Shown here piece after piece: positions 25,341 through 35,112 of a DNA stretch of 41,293 nucleotides (position 1 is its first letter; each line of letters opens with the position of its first letter). A program made the translations under genes and the position numbers. Source of the DNA: a virus; UHGV virus genome UHGV-0213939; one strand, given 5' to 3'. The notes below the pieces were generated by a model. It was given only the letters and a program-made list of their open reading frames with translations. It was not told the origin of the DNA and did not search any database.

Positions 25341-25416
25341 TGGTGCTGATTAACGGACTTGAACCGCCACCCATTCGCTTACAAGGCGACTGCTCTACCA
25401 TTGGAGCTAAACCAGC
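25341..25416 (-). tRNA. tRNA gene; anticodon read as UGU (Thr) from a manual cloverleaf fold
   Basis: Minus-strand sequence GCTGGTTTAGCTCCAATGGTAGAGCAGTCGCCTTGTAAGCGAATGGGTGGCGGTTCAAGTCCGTTAATCAGCACCA. 7-bp acceptor stem (one GU), perfect D-stem GCTC/GAGC, T-loop TTCAAGT, anticodon loop CTTGTAA, encoded CCA. Confidence 0.65.
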
Positions 25417-25421
25417 ATGTT

Positions 25422-25496
25422 TGGCGGGACAGCGTGGACTCGAACCACGATAAGAAGGTTAACAGCCTTCCGTAATGACCTTTATACGACTGACCC
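25422..25496 (-). tRNA. tRNA gene; anticodon read as GUU (Asn) from a manual cloverleaf fold
   Basis: Minus-strand sequence GGGTCAGTCGTATAAAGGTCATTACGGAAGGCTGTTAACCTTCTTATCGTGGTTCGAGTCCACGCTGTCCCGCCA. Perfect anticodon stem GAAGG/CCTTC with loop CTGTTAA, perfect T-arm CGTGG-TTCGAGT-CCACG, acceptor stem with one mismatch, encoded CCA. Confidence 0.6.
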
Positions 25497-25506
25497 AAAT
25501 AAAAAA

Positions 25507-25540
25507 AGCCACCGTTGCAACTTAAGAGTCACTAACGGCA
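25507..25540 (-). terminator. Possible tR'-like terminator downstream of Q (weak hairpin followed by a 7-U run on the minus strand)
   Basis: Plus-strand AAAAAAA (25501-25507) followed by CCGTT ... AACGG inverted repeat; lies between the Q stop and the 5' end of the first tRNA. Confidence 0.3.
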
Positions 25541-25559
25541 GCTTACCCTCTAATTATGG

Positions 25560-26078
25560 CTAAATGGCTAATTGCATGTCAAGACTTTTAACAGCAATAT
25601 GCTTAACTTTCTCTACACGTTTACGCATTTTGAAAGCATTTTGCATTGGCTGGTATAAAACAAATAATGACGCTTTCAGGATGTCGTCAATTTCGTTTCT
25701 ACAGGTTGCCAGTGAAGGTTTTCGCCATCCCTCGCCACCACGTCCACACATCTTGCGTGGCTTTGCAGTCGCGTGATAGTAGGATGCAATTGCTCGCTTA
25801 GATGAACCATGAGCGTAGTAGCTGAGGAGGATGCCAAAGGCTTTCTTGTCAATGCACATGACGGAATCGACGACCTGAGAAATCAACATTCCATCATCAT
25901 CATTACACATTGGCCTTGTCATAACTCTTCCCGGCTCTACGCTCTCCATGAACTTCGCTATTACGCTGCTCATGCGCTTTTCCAGACGACCTGAATAAAC
26001 CCATGCTCCCCACAGTTCAAGCCAGCCACTCAGCCACTCGTGCTGCTCTTTGGTGAGGTTTAGTTCTCTTATGCTCAT
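25560..26078 (-). CDS. Q: Late antiterminator Q (phage 82 / 933W-type family)
   Basis: Motifs LELWGAWV ... RPMCNDDDGMLISQ ... LLSYYAHGSS resemble the 933W-type Q protein as I remember it (LERWGAW ... RPQCCDDDAMII ... YY); position between nin genes and the lysis cassette. Confidence 0.7.
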   Translation of the reverse strand: MSIRELNLTKEQHEWLSGWLELWGAWVYSGRLEKRMSSVIAKFMESVEPGRVMTRPMCNDDDGMLISQVVDSVMCIDKKAFGILLSYYAHGSSKRAIASYYHATAKPRKMCGRGGEGWRKPSLATCRNEIDDILKASLFVLYQPMQNAFKMRKRVEKVKHIAVKSLDMQLAI

Positions 26079-26263
26079 CGTCTTCCCCTCTTGCCCTGTT
26101 TGACCATCAGGACGCCGTTAACTATTACGTGACGCTCGCCTTTGCTGTCTCGGTTGTACTTGAGCACTGTTCCTCTTGCGCAGGAAAGCATCCTCGCCAC
26201 TTCGGTCTGATTGCCTCGTGTCTGGATAAGAAGCTCTGGTATCGTTTGAATTGTGGCGTTCAT
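26075..26263 (-). CDS. ninH: NinH
   Basis: 62 aa; ..IPELLIQTRGNQTEVARMLSCARGTVLKYNRDSKGERHVIVNGVLMV.. resembles lambda NinH. Confidence 0.75.
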   Translation of the reverse strand: MNATIQTIPELLIQTRGNQTEVARMLSCARGTVLKYNRDSKGERHVIVNGVLMVKQGKRGRR

Positions 26264-26622
26264 ACGTTCTCCAGTTCGGTGATTTTTATTCCAAGCCTTC
26301 CTCCTGGTACTTTCACACCACGAATTACACGAATGTCGTCGAATTGCTCGTCGTCTTCCGCAAATCCGGCATGGATAAGGGAGTCGAGTAAACCTTTAAG
26401 AATGTTGTCGAGGTCGCGGCGGCGGGAGTCTGGAACGTCTGCGATGACTTTGATGCGGAGTCGTGATTTGGTGAAAATGTCTAACTTGAGTTGGCGGATT
26501 ATTTGCTGTACATCTTTTCGGTATTTCTGGCCTTTATCGCTGATGTAGTATTGGCTTCCCCGTCTTCGCCAGTAGGTATTCACCGACGGCGGGTATGGAA
26601 GCACAAACTGATATTCGTTCAT
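26260..26622 (-). CDS. rusA: Holliday junction resolvase RusA
   Basis: 120 aa; LPYPPSVNTYWRRRG ... DVPDSRRRDLDNILKGLLDSL matches the RusA family pattern. Confidence 0.85.
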   Translation of the reverse strand: MNEYQFVLPYPPSVNTYWRRRGSQYYISDKGQKYRKDVQQIIRQLKLDIFTKSRLRIKVIADVPDSRRRDLDNILKGLLDSLIHAGFAEDDEQFDDIRVIRGVKVPGGRLGIKITELENV

Positions 26623-26909
26623 GACTTAATCTTCCCCTCCTTCAGCAGTATCGCCTGCGTCCTGATCACGCCTTCGAGGTGGTAAAGTCTGGCGTCTTTG
26701 TTGTCGAGGTTATGGGTGCGTCGGTCGATTTCATCGTGACACGCGCTACAAGCCCATGCGCCGATCAGGTCGTCAGGCTTCATTCCCGTTCCGCAAATTC
26801 CAGCCATCCGGTAATGTGCCAGAACTGTAGTTTCAGGATTGCCATTGCATACGCCGTAAATACGTACCTGGCATTCTCTGCCGCGTGCTTCTTTGCGTAG
26901 GTTAGCCAT
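26619..26909 (-). CDS. YbcO-like putative nuclease (DUF1364)
   Basis: 96 aa; ..RKEARGRECQVRIYGVCNGNPETTVLAHYR...CSACHDEIDRRTH.. resembles E. coli DLP12 YbcO. Confidence 0.7.
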   Translation of the reverse strand: MANLRKEARGRECQVRIYGVCNGNPETTVLAHYRMAGICGTGMKPDDLIGAWACSACHDEIDRRTHNLDNKDARLYHLEGVIRTQAILLKEGKIKS

Positions 26910-27178
26910 TATGGTTCACTCCAGTAATTCTCAATTGCAGCAGCCATTCTCTGCATCCACTCAGCCAGCTTTAACGCGGCTTCTCTTTCAGAACCACATT
27001 TAGGGAAATCCTTCATTTCCATGCTGGCCTTATATGTTCTGAATGCCAGGTCTCCGGTAATAATCAGATTCTGATCAAGCACCGAGCGTTTATTCCGGTG
27101 TTGAACGTAATAGACAGATTCAGTCCGCATTTCTTCTCTGTCTTTTTTGAAGGAAATAAGCTCAGAGAAATCACTCAT
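26909..27178 (-). CDS. Hypothetical nin-region protein (89 aa)
   Basis: ORF in an operon-like array with stop/start overlaps to its neighbours; no family recognised. Confidence 0.5.
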   Translation of the reverse strand: MSDFSELISFKKDREEMRTESVYYVQHRNKRSVLDQNLIITGDLAFRTYKASMEMKDFPKCGSEREAALKLAEWMQRMAAAIENYWSEP

Positions 27179-27383
27179 CGTCTTCTTCCTCGTACATTGA
27201 GCTATTCGGATCGCTCATCAGTTCTGCGCAGCAGTGCTCACACACGTGAACTTCCAGCACATGCAGCTTCTGACCGCAGTTAGCGCACGTTAAAGCCCGC
27301 TCGACGCTTTCTTGTTCGTAACTTCGATTTGGGTCAATCACCTTGTTTTCCTCGCACGATGTCTTAGCCACCGGATATCCCAC
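27171..27383 (-). CDS. ninF: NinF (zinc-ribbon protein)
   Basis: ..[39 protein letters not shown].. matches lambda NinF; the true start may be internal. Confidence 0.7.
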   Translation of the reverse strand: MGYPVAKTSCEENKVIDPNRSYEQESVERALTCANCGQKLHVLEVHVCEHCCAELMSDPNSSMYEEEDDE

Positions 27384-27520
27384 AGGTGAGCCGTGTAATT
27401 GAAGGTTTTTACGTCAGATTCTTTTTGGATTGGCTTGCGTTTATTTCTGGAGCGTTTCGTTGGAAGGTATTTGCAGTTTTCGCAGATTATGTCGGTGATA
27501 CTTCGTCGCTGTCTCGCCAC
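27338..27520 (-). CDS. ninE: NinE
   Basis: 60 aa; [27 protein letters not shown].. resembles lambda NinE. Confidence 0.7.
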   Translation of the reverse strand: MARQRRSITDIICENCKYLPTKRSRNKRKPIQKESDVKTFNYTAHLWDIRWLRHRARKTR

Positions 27521-27660
27521 ACGTCCTCCTTTTCCTGCGGTAGTGGTAACACCCCTGTTGGTGTTCTTTCACACCGGAGACACCATCGATTCCAGTAAGG
27601 TTGATTTGGTCGGAAGCGGTTATCTTCTTTGCATTCACCGCACCGATAACATCGCATCAT
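27487..27660 (-). CDS. ninD: NinD (zinc-ribbon protein)
   Basis: Internal start [34 protein letters not shown]; ATGA overlap with the ninC stop. The ORF track extends it to 27711. Confidence 0.6.
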   Translation of the reverse strand: MMRCYRCGECKEDNRFRPNQPYWNRWCLRCERTPTGVLPLPQEKEDVWRDSDEVSPT

Positions 27661-28529
27661 GCAGCTTCCCTCCCGAAGTCGAAATAAAGCTGCCCTCCAA
27701 ATATTTCGCATGACTCAGAACAAGAGCCGGTATCGAATCTTTTAGCTCGTACCATGTCCTGATACAGGGCTTGATAATCATTTTCTGAATACATTTTCGC
27801 GATACCATCCAGCGACATTCTTCCTCGGTACATAATCTCCTTTGGTGTTTCCCGATGTCCGTCACGCACATGCGATCCCGTGATGACCTCATTAAAAACA
27901 CGCTGCAATCCCTCCTCATCTTTGCAGGCAAGTCCGATTTTTTGCGTTGATTTTTTAATGCAGAATATGCAGTTACCGAGATGTTCCGGTATTTGCAAAT
28001 CGAATGGTTGTTGCTTCCACCATGCGAGGATATCTTCCTTCTCAAAGTCTGACAGCTCAGCAAGATATCTGATTCCAGGCTTTGGCTTTAGCCGCTTCGG
28101 TTCATCAGCTCTGATGCCAATCCACGTGGTGTAATTCCCTCGCCCGAAATGGTCATCACAGTATTTGGTGAAGGGAACGAGTTTTAATCTGTCAGTGCAG
28201 AACGCGCCGCCGACGTATGGAGTGCCATATTTCTTTACCATATCGATAAATGGCTTCAGAACAGGCATTCGCGTCTGAATATCCTTTGGCTCCCATACCG
28301 TATAACCATTTGGCTGCCCAGGCTCTGGGTTGATATCAACCTGCAATACAGTGAGCGGTATATCCCAGAACTTCACAACTTCGCGGATAAACCGATATGT
28401 CATCGGGTGTTCACAACCTGTATCCATGAAAACGTAATGCACGTCTTCACCTGCCTGTCGCTTTTGCTCCATTAGCCAGAGCAAATATGCTGACGTCCTG
28501 CCACCGGAGAAACTAACGACATTTATCAT
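27657..28529 (-). CDS. ninC: NinC (PAPS-reductase-like protein)
   Basis: Homology begins at [23 protein letters not shown] (lambda NinC); the ORF track extends 20 codons upstream to 28589. Confidence 0.85.
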   Translation of the reverse strand: MINVVSFSGGRTSAYLLWLMEQKRQAGEDVHYVFMDTGCEHPMTYRFIREVVKFWDIPLTVLQVDINPEPGQPNGYTVWEPKDIQTRMPVLKPFIDMVKKYGTPYVGGAFCTDRLKLVPFTKYCDDHFGRGNYTTWIGIRADEPKRLKPKPGIRYLAELSDFEKEDILAWWKQQPFDLQIPEHLGNCIFCIKKSTQKIGLACKDEEGLQRVFNEVITGSHVRDGHRETPKEIMYRGRMSLDGIAKMYSENDYQALYQDMVRAKRFDTGSCSESCEIFGGQLYFDFGREAA

Positions 28530-28966
28530 GCAGCCTTGTCTCCCCATCTTGCTTTCCACTCCAGAGCCAGTCGCGCTTCGTCTGACCACTTAACGCCACG
28601 TTCTGTACCGAATGCCTGTATAAGCTCTAATAGCTCCGCAAATTCGCCTACCCGCATCCTACTGGTTGACTGGCCTATTACCACAAAGCCAGTCCCGGCA
28701 AGGTTAGGAACAACGTCCTGCTGCTTTAAGGCTGCGGTAAACACACACTTCCAGCTTTCTGCATCCAGCCAGCGACCATGCCATTCAACCTGACGAGAGA
28801 CGTCACCAAGGCAAGCCCAAAGCTTTCGATTCTGGTCTAAGCTGCGGTTGCGTTCCTGAATGGTTACTACGATTGGTTTGGTTGGGTCTGGAAGGATTTG
28901 CTGTACTGCGTGAATAGCGTTTTGCTGATGTGCTGGAGATCGAATTTCAAAGGTTAGCTTTTTCAT
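28526..28966 (-). CDS. ninB: NinB (Orf recombination mediator)
   Basis: Start MKKLTFEIRSPAHQQNAIHAVQQILPDPTKPIVV matches lambda NinB; the ORF track extends to 28984. Confidence 0.85.
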   Translation of the reverse strand: MKKLTFEIRSPAHQQNAIHAVQQILPDPTKPIVVTIQERNRSLDQNRKLWACLGDVSRQVEWHGRWLDAESWKCVFTAALKQQDVVPNLAGTGFVVIGQSTSRMRVGEFAELLELIQAFGTERGVKWSDEARLALEWKARWGDKAA

Positions 28967-29039
28967 GACTTCCCTCTCCCCCAAATAAAAAGGCCTGCGA
29001 TTACCAGCAGGCCTGTTATTAGCTCAGTGATGTAGATGG

Positions 29040-30416
29040 TCATACGTCAGCCCCTTGTGCATATCGTCTGCCACGCGCAGCAGGTGCATTTGATGCTGTA
29101 CAAATCTGTCTGGCTTCATCCTGGTCACATGCAACAAAGTGTCCGTTACAGAACCGCTGGTAAACCGTACCAAGTGAGCCAAAACGGTTTTTCGTCACGA
29201 TGATTTCAGCAAATGGCGCGGCGCTACTGTTCTCGTCATATACCGCTTCCCGATAGAGCATGATGATTGAGTCTGCGTCCTGCTCAATGCTTCCTGAATC
29301 ACGCAAATCTGCGTTTGTCGGGCGTTTGTTTGGTCGCTTCTCAACATCGCGTGAAAGCTGACTTAGGGAGATAACAGGCGTTTTCAGGTCTTTCGCCATC
29401 GCCTTAAGGCTTCCGGAGATGTGAGCAATTGCGAGGTCGTTGCGGTCTGCTTTCGGCTTCTCAATCAGGCCAAGATAATCCGCCATGATGAGTGACAGGT
29501 TTGGATTTTCCTGTTTGTGCCGTTCTGCGATTGAGCGAATTTCTTCGACAGATAACCGCGAGGCATCGACTACCCATACATCCAAATCTGCAAGCTGACT
29601 CATGCCGTTAGCAACGCGCGCCCAGCCTTCGTCATCCATCGATGCAGGATTTCGCAGCACGCTAACCGACATCCTCCCGGCGTTGGCAATGCTTCGCTCT
29701 GCAATCTGCAATGCGCTCATTTCCATCGAGAAAATCAATACTCCGCGCCGGACGTCAGAACCAGGAATAACGCGGCTTGCAACGCCTTCGGCAATCTTCA
29801 GCGCCAGTTCGGTTTTCCCCATACCAGGACGAGCGGCGATAATCACCAGGTCTTCCGCGTTCATCCCTCCGGTGATGGCGTCAAGTTCTTCGATTCCGGT
29901 CTTCAGGGTATCTGACTCTTCTCCGTTCCTCAGACGCCTGTCAAGCGTGTCAGTGTAGTCAGTGATGATTTCCCCTAACCGTACAGGTTTAACCTCGTCA
30001 CGGGGCTTTCTGATGGCTGAGAGCCGTTTTACAAGTTCATCCATCGCCTGACTCGATGCGTCGATGGTTCCGCTTTGGATTGGTTCACGCATTTCATCCA
30101 TGATTTCCAGCACCAGACGGCGGTGATAGTTATCCGCGACCATTCCGGCATATCCCTTCAGGTTTGCGGCACTCGGGCAGTTTTTGCTGGTCATCAGGAT
30201 TGACATGAAATGCTCCTCTCCGCATTCCTCAGCAACCATCAGCGCGTCGATTAGGTTTCTGTTTCGCGCCTGCTTGCGGATAACCTCGAAGGCTTTTCTG
30301 TAGAGCGGAATTGAAAACGCTTCCGGCTCCAGCGTTGCCAGAACGTCACTGGCGGTTGGAGTTAATCCACCAATCAGCAGGCCACCGATAACGCTCGCTT
30401 CGATATCCTGTCTCAT
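29040..30416 (-). CDS. Replicative DNA helicase, DnaB family (P22 gene 12-type)
   Basis: 458 aa; Walker [11 protein letters not shown] and DnaB-like C-terminal domain; located directly downstream of the O-like initiator. Confidence 0.85.
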   Translation of the reverse strand: MRQDIEASVIGGLLIGGLTPTASDVLATLEPEAFSIPLYRKAFEVIRKQARNRNLIDALMVAEECGEEHFMSILMTSKNCPSAANLKGYAGMVADNYHRRLVLEIMDEMREPIQSGTIDASSQAMDELVKRLSAIRKPRDEVKPVRLGEIITDYTDTLDRRLRNGEESDTLKTGIEELDAITGGMNAEDLVIIAARPGMGKTELALKIAEGVASRVIPGSDVRRGVLIFSMEMSALQIAERSIANAGRMSVSVLRNPASMDDEGWARVANGMSQLADLDVWVVDASRLSVEEIRSIAERHKQENPNLSLIMADYLGLIEKPKADRNDLAIAHISGSLKAMAKDLKTPVISLSQLSRDVEKRPNKRPTNADLRDSGSIEQDADSIIMLYREAVYDENSSAAPFAEIIVTKNRFGSLGTVYQRFCNGHFVACDQDEARQICTASNAPAARGRRYAQGADV

Positions 30417-31234
30417 GCAATCCCCCTGTCTGCAAACTTCCCTTCCCGAACTCCCGTTAACGAGTCTTCTCTCAGCAGGTAATCAAAATCAGCCGTCCAG
30501 CCCGTGTCGTTGTCTCCGAAGTAAAACGGCTTGGCCTGATGTACAAACGCCCTGACATACACTCTGAAACCGTCCACGTTTGGCGTTTTCAGTTGCGGGA
30601 TGATTTTCTTCAGGCGGCGTTTGCGTTTCTCGTTGACCGCAACAGCATGTGGAAGTCTGTCACCGACTTCGGTGTTGTAGGCGTTCAGGAAGGATTCGTA
30701 GTCGATTCGTTCTGCCTTGCGACGTTCAGATTTAACCTGCCCATCGCCGCCCCCGTTAGGGGGTAAGGGGGTATTTGTATTTATTGTCTTTTGTATATTG
30801 TCTTTTGTGTTTAGCTGACTTGGCTTATACCCATTAGCTGACTTGGCTAATGTTTTATTAGCTGTTTTAGCTAATGTTAAGCTGTCCTGGCTAATCCACT
30901 GCGAAACCACCTTGTTCACTCCGATTTTCACGCCATCAGCAATGAGGAATTTACGCTCAATAAGCTGGCGCTTGGCAGCGCAAACATGAGTGTGATGAAT
31001 ACCTGTCATGGCTGCTATCTGCGTGTTTGTGAGTCGATCCATCGGCTTATTGAATCCGTATGTCTTGCGCATGATAGCGAGCATCACCTTCAACTGCCGG
31101 ACGGTTAAATCAGCCATCAGCAGACTGTCGGTAATCTCGTTAGCAACGCGCATGAAACCATCTTCGGTATCTGCCACGCGATGCTCCACGACCTCCAGTT
31201 GAGGCCTGTAATCAGCTAACTTAACGACGCCCAT
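30413..31234 (-). CDS. O: Replication initiator O-like protein (iteron-binding N-terminal domain)
   Basis: ..[37 protein letters not shown].. resembles the lambda O N-terminal domain; the gene contains the iteron array. Confidence 0.8.
   Translation of the reverse strand: MGVVKLADYRPQLEVVEHRVADTEDGFMRVANEITDSLLMADLTVRQLKVMLAIMRKTYGFNKPMDRLTNTQIAAMTGIHHTHVCAAKRQLIERKFLIADGVKIGVNKVVSQWISQDSLTLAKTANKTLAKSANGYKPSQLNTKDNIQKTINTNTPLPPNGGGDGQVKSERRKAERIDYESFLNAYNTEVGDRLPHAVAVNEKRKRRLKKIIPQLKTPNVDGFRVYVRAFVHQAKPFYFGDNDTGWTADFDYLLREDSLTGVREGKFADRGIA
30811..30892. repeat. ori: Origin of replication iterons inside the O gene: four roughly 15-bp direct repeats (TTAGCTGACTTGGCT-like) at about 30811, 30834, 30858 and 30878, preceded by a duplicated ATTGTCTTTTGT motif
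   Basis: Direct repeats read from the sequence; lambda-type ori lies within O in the inter-domain linker. Confidence 0.7.
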
Positions 31235-31382
31235 GTTTCACTCCTGCTTTGGCTAGTCTGTAAACACCAACAAGGCGCTCTGCGAACGCCCTGTTATTTG
31301 CTGCGGCTACCACTAATCCCTCAGGTGAATCAGGGTGTCGAATCTCTTCTTTTTCCTGGTATTTCTTACGACGTTTTGTCAT
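31221..31382 (-). CDS. Possible small basic protein (53 aa) between cII and O
   Basis: Manual translation [53 protein letters not shown] with an AGGAGT RBS; overlaps the start of O by 14 nt. Below the ORF-track size cutoff. Confidence 0.3.
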   Translation of the reverse strand: MTKRRKKYQEKEEIRHPDSPEGLVVAAANNRAFAERLVGVYRLAKAGVKHGRR

Positions 31383-31416
31383 AATTACTCCTGTAGATTG
31401 ATCCAGTCTTTCTACA

Positions 31417-31698
31417 TCAGGCCTCGAAGAATTCGCCGTTCTTCGGGGCTTTTTCTTTTGTCAGGTAATCGGCAAGCCGCTTAGTCAGTTCAGCCATTTC
31501 ATCGTCTTCGATTCCGTATTCCAGAACAGCCAGCATCATGCTTACCTGCGAGAAGAAACCATTCTTCCATCGGCTTACCTGGTATTCCGGAACCCCCATC
31601 GCGCGAGCGAATGTCTTCTGCCCCATCAGTGCCAGTTTGTTCAGCAAGGCTGACTCGATGCGAGCCGCTTTCTTGCTTTTAGTTGCAATAGTACCCAT
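31417..31698 (-). CDS. cII: Transcriptional activator CII
   Basis: ..ARIESALLNKLALMGQKTFARAMGVPEYQVSRWKNGFFSQVSMMLAVLEYG.. resembles lambda CII (..ALRIESALLNKIAMLGTEKTAEAVGVDKSQISRWKRDWIPKFSMLLAVLEWG..). Confidence 0.8.
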   Translation of the reverse strand: MGTIATKSKKAARIESALLNKLALMGQKTFARAMGVPEYQVSRWKNGFFSQVSMMLAVLEYGIEDDEMAELTKRLADYLTKEKAPKNGEFFEA

Positions 31699-31774
31699 AC
31701 ATAATTTCCTTAATGATTAGATAGAGTTGGCTTCGCAAAGAAACGCAAAACCATAGAGATTTTTTTCTGGTAAT

Positions 31775-31806
31775 GCCCTTTTTCAGGGCGGGGATGTATA
31801 AGAGCG
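31775..31806 (-). promoter_or_regulatory. nutR: nutR (boxB GCCCTGAAAAAGGGC and boxA-like CGCTCTTAT on the minus strand)
   Basis: Plus-strand GCCCTTTTTCAGGGC at 31775-31789 is the reverse complement of the lambda nutR boxB; adjacent TAAGAGCG is the boxA complement. Confidence 0.65.
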
Positions 31807-31814
31807 GGAATGTC

Positions 31815-33167
<1,353 letters not shown>

Positions 33168-33217
33168 TCCCCACCTCAATCTCAGTAACCAAAAAACAAA
33201 CTATTTTCCGTTTAAAA

Positions 33218-33285
33218 ACAATGGAGTTTGTTTTTTGTACCTCCATTTACAGTATTTCTTGTTTACAACATACAATCTTTCTTGT
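33218..33285. promoter_or_regulatory. OL: OL operator region with pL: three 434-type operators (ACAATGGAGTTTGT, ACAGTATTTCTTGT, ACAATCTTTCTTGT)
   Basis: ACAA-N6-TTGT sites at 33218-33231, 33249-33262 and 33272-33285, upstream of nutL and N. Confidence 0.75.
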
Positions 33286-33329
33286 AATTTTAAGCCATCA
33301 GCAGGACGCACTGACCACCATGAAGGTGA

Positions 33330-33360
33330 TGCTCTTAAAAATTAAGCCCTGAAGAAGGGC
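33330..33360 (+). promoter_or_regulatory. nutL: nutL (boxA TGCTCTTAA, box[16 protein letters not shown])
   Basis: boxB hairpin GCCCTGAAGAAGGGC at 33346-33360 matches lambda nutL boxB; boxA-like element 8 nt upstream. Confidence 0.75.
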
Positions 33361-33470
33361 AGCATTCAAAGCAGAAGGCTTTGAGTAGCGCGAAATGCAG
33401 CTGCAAGACAGCAACCGTGGGGATAAGCATCACGGCGCGTTACTCAAAGCTAACTGACAGGAGAATCCAG

Positions 33471-33797
33471 ATGGATGCACAAACACGCCGCCGCGAACGT
33501 CGCGCAGAGAAACAGGCTCAATGGAGAGCAGCAAATCCACTGTTGGTTGGGGTAAGCGCAAAACCAGTTAACCGCCCTATTCTCTCGCTGAATCGCAAAC
33601 CGAAATCACGAGTAGAAAGCGCACTGAATCCAATAGACCTTACAGTGCTGGCTGAATACCACGAACAGATTGAAAGCAACCTGCAACGTATTGAGCGAAA
33701 GAATCAGCGCACATGGTACAGCAAGCCACGCAGTGAAATGGGTGTGACTTGTGTCGGTCACCAGAAAATGAAATTAGGCAGCAAACCACTTATTTGA
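33471..33797 (+). CDS. N: Antiterminator N
   Basis: MDAQTRRRERRAEKQAQWRAANPLLVGVSAKPVNRPILSLNRKPKSRVESALNPIDLTVLAEYH.. closely matches lambda N including the arginine-rich motif. The ORF track extends it upstream to 33381. Confidence 0.9.
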   Translation: MDAQTRRRERRAEKQAQWRAANPLLVGVSAKPVNRPILSLNRKPKSRVESALNPIDLTVLAEYHEQIESNLQRIERKNQRTWYSKPRSEMGVTCVGHQKMKLGSKPLI

Positions 33798-33875
33798 GGT
33801 GATATATGGAAGAAGAATTTGAAGAGTTCGAAGAGCATCCGCAGGATGTGATGGAACAATACCAGGACTATCCGT

Positions 33876-34076
33876 ATGACTACGACTATTGATAAAAATC
33901 AATGGTGTGGACAATTCAAACGATGCAATGGATGCAAGCTGCAATCGGAATGCATGGTTAAGCCTGAAGAAATGTTTCCTGTAATGGAAGATGGGAAATA
34001 TGTCGATAAATGGGCAATACGAACGACGGCAATGATTGCCAGAGAACTTGACAAACAGAAAAACAAGGCTGCCTGA
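33876..34076 (+). CDS. ral: Restriction alleviation protein Ral
   Basis: 66 aa; MTTTIDKNQWCGQFKRCNGCKLQSECMVKPEEMFPVMEDGKYVDKWAIRTTAMIARELDKQKNKAA matches lambda Ral from memory. Confidence 0.85.
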   Translation: MTTTIDKNQWCGQFKRCNGCKLQSECMVKPEEMFPVMEDGKYVDKWAIRTTAMIARELDKQKNKAA

Positions 34077-34212
34077 TGGTGGCCTTTATTTTTGGCATAA
34101 ACAACAGAATAAACACTGCACTGTGTATTCATTCCAACGAGTGAATACACGGAGCAATGTCGCTCGTAACTAAACAGGAGCCGACTTGTTCTGATTATTG
34201 GAAATCTTCTTT

Positions 34213-34239
34213 GCCCTCCAATGTGAGGGCGTTTTTTTT
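34213..34239 (+). terminator. Intrinsic terminator in the early-left operon (GCCCTC-loop-GAGGGC followed by T8)
   Basis: Perfect 6-bp GC-rich stem with a 6-nt loop, followed by GTTTTTTTT. Confidence 0.6.
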
Positions 34240-34252
34240 GACGGAGTAAACG

Positions 34253-34501
34253 ATGATAAAAACTGATTACCCTGCAGAGCTTAAACAAAAAGTAATAACA
34301 GCAATTAAATGCTCTTTTATCTCATGTCGTACAGATGAAGAACGATATGTCGTTGAGTGTGCAATTGTCGAGTTTCTCACAGCGATGGAATTTACCGCTG
34401 CAGAATCAATAGATGTATTAAAGCAATCAGACGGAAATGATATTGAAACGGATGATGTTATTGACCGACTAATAAAATCATTCGAAGAAGAAATAGAGTA
34501 G
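34253..34501 (+). CDS. Hypothetical acidic protein (82 aa)
   Basis: ORF immediately after the terminator; strongly acidic C-terminal half (..DGNDIETDDVIDRLIKSFEEEIE); no family recognised. Confidence 0.5.
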   Translation: MIKTDYPAELKQKVITAIKCSFISCRTDEERYVVECAIVEFLTAMEFTAAESIDVLKQSDGNDIETDDVIDRLIKSFEEEIE

Positions 34502-34584
34502 CCGCCTGAGCGCGGCTTTACCGCATACCAATAATGCTTCACGAGAGGCATTTTCGTTATGCAATCAAATATAAGGAGTTACCC

Positions 34585-34719
34585 ATGATGCACTTTCAGC
34601 TCGCGGGTAGCGGCGTCATGTCCGCTTTCTACCCGCACGAATCTGAATTATCACGCCGAGTTAAACAATTAATCAGAGCAGCAAAGAAACAACTGGAGGC
34701 GTTATGCGCAATGAAATAG
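34585..34719 (+). CDS. cIII: CIII-like protein (FtsH inhibitor)
   Basis: Internal start MMHFQLAGSGVMSAFYPHESELSRRVKQLIRA with an AAGGAG RBS; pattern resembles lambda CIII (..AIAGWPVAGCPSESLLERITRKL..). Confidence 0.55.
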   Translation: MMHFQLAGSGVMSAFYPHESELSRRVKQLIRAAKKQLEALCAMK

Positions 34720-34856
34720 CCATTAATCACCAGATGCTTCGTGCTGCACAGAACAAAGCAGTAATAGCCCGATTTATTGGTGATTCAAAAATGTGGCTTG
34801 AAGCAAATAAAGCGATGAAATCAGCTATCAACCTTCCATGGTATCGCAGGAAATGA
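34704..34856 (+). CDS. kil: Kil-like protein (50 aa)
   Basis: Manual translation MRNEIAINHQMLRAAQNKAVIARFIGDSKMWLEANKAMKSAINLPWYRRK; the ..IARFIGDSKMW..A..A.K.. segment resembles lambda Kil. Below the ORF-track size cutoff. Confidence 0.5.
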   Translation: MRNEIAINHQMLRAAQNKAVIARFIGDSKMWLEANKAMKSAINLPWYRRK

Positions 34857-35011
34857 GTTTTACAGATAACTGGTCAGACGAAGAATTCATTCGTCAGATG
34901 AAAGAATTAATCGGTAACGAAGGAGATATGCATGCCACTTGCAACCACAGTGAAGGAGAGCAAGTTACAGAGACGCATGTACACGCAGAAAGCTCTCTGG
35001 TATCGCCATAA
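34853..35011 (+). CDS. Possible small protein (52 aa) between kil and erf
   Basis: ATGA overlap with the kil stop; manual translation MSFTDNWSDEEFIRQMKELIGNEGDMHATCNHSEGEQVTETHVHAESSLVSP. Confidence 0.3.
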   Translation: MSFTDNWSDEEFIRQMKELIGNEGDMHATCNHSEGEQVTETHVHAESSLVSP

Positions 35012-35112
35012 TGGCGACCGCGAAGGAATGCGGGTATGTCTTAATTTGTCCCGAGTCGAAGTATTAAATCAGCGTTATTTCCTTGGGTCATGTCCATTCT
35101 GAGAACAATCAT

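Noticed and set aside
25501-25560. pR' late promoter and qut site
   Set aside because: Only about 50 bp separate the Q stop from the U-run, so promoter elements would have to overlap the Q 3' end. I could not identify convincing -35/-10 hexamers by eye, so only the weak terminator is listed.
30780-30895. Direct repeat array considered as a possible CRISPR or minisatellite
   Set aside because: Repeats are about 15 bp with irregular short spacing and lie inside the O-like initiator gene, which is the classic ori-iteron arrangement. There are no spacers or cas genes.
33899-34288. 129-aa minus-strand ORF overlapping ral
   Set aside because: Antisense to the well-supported ral gene and the terminator; Cys/His/Ser-rich translation with no start context. 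Considered as a sieB-like gene but nothing supports it.
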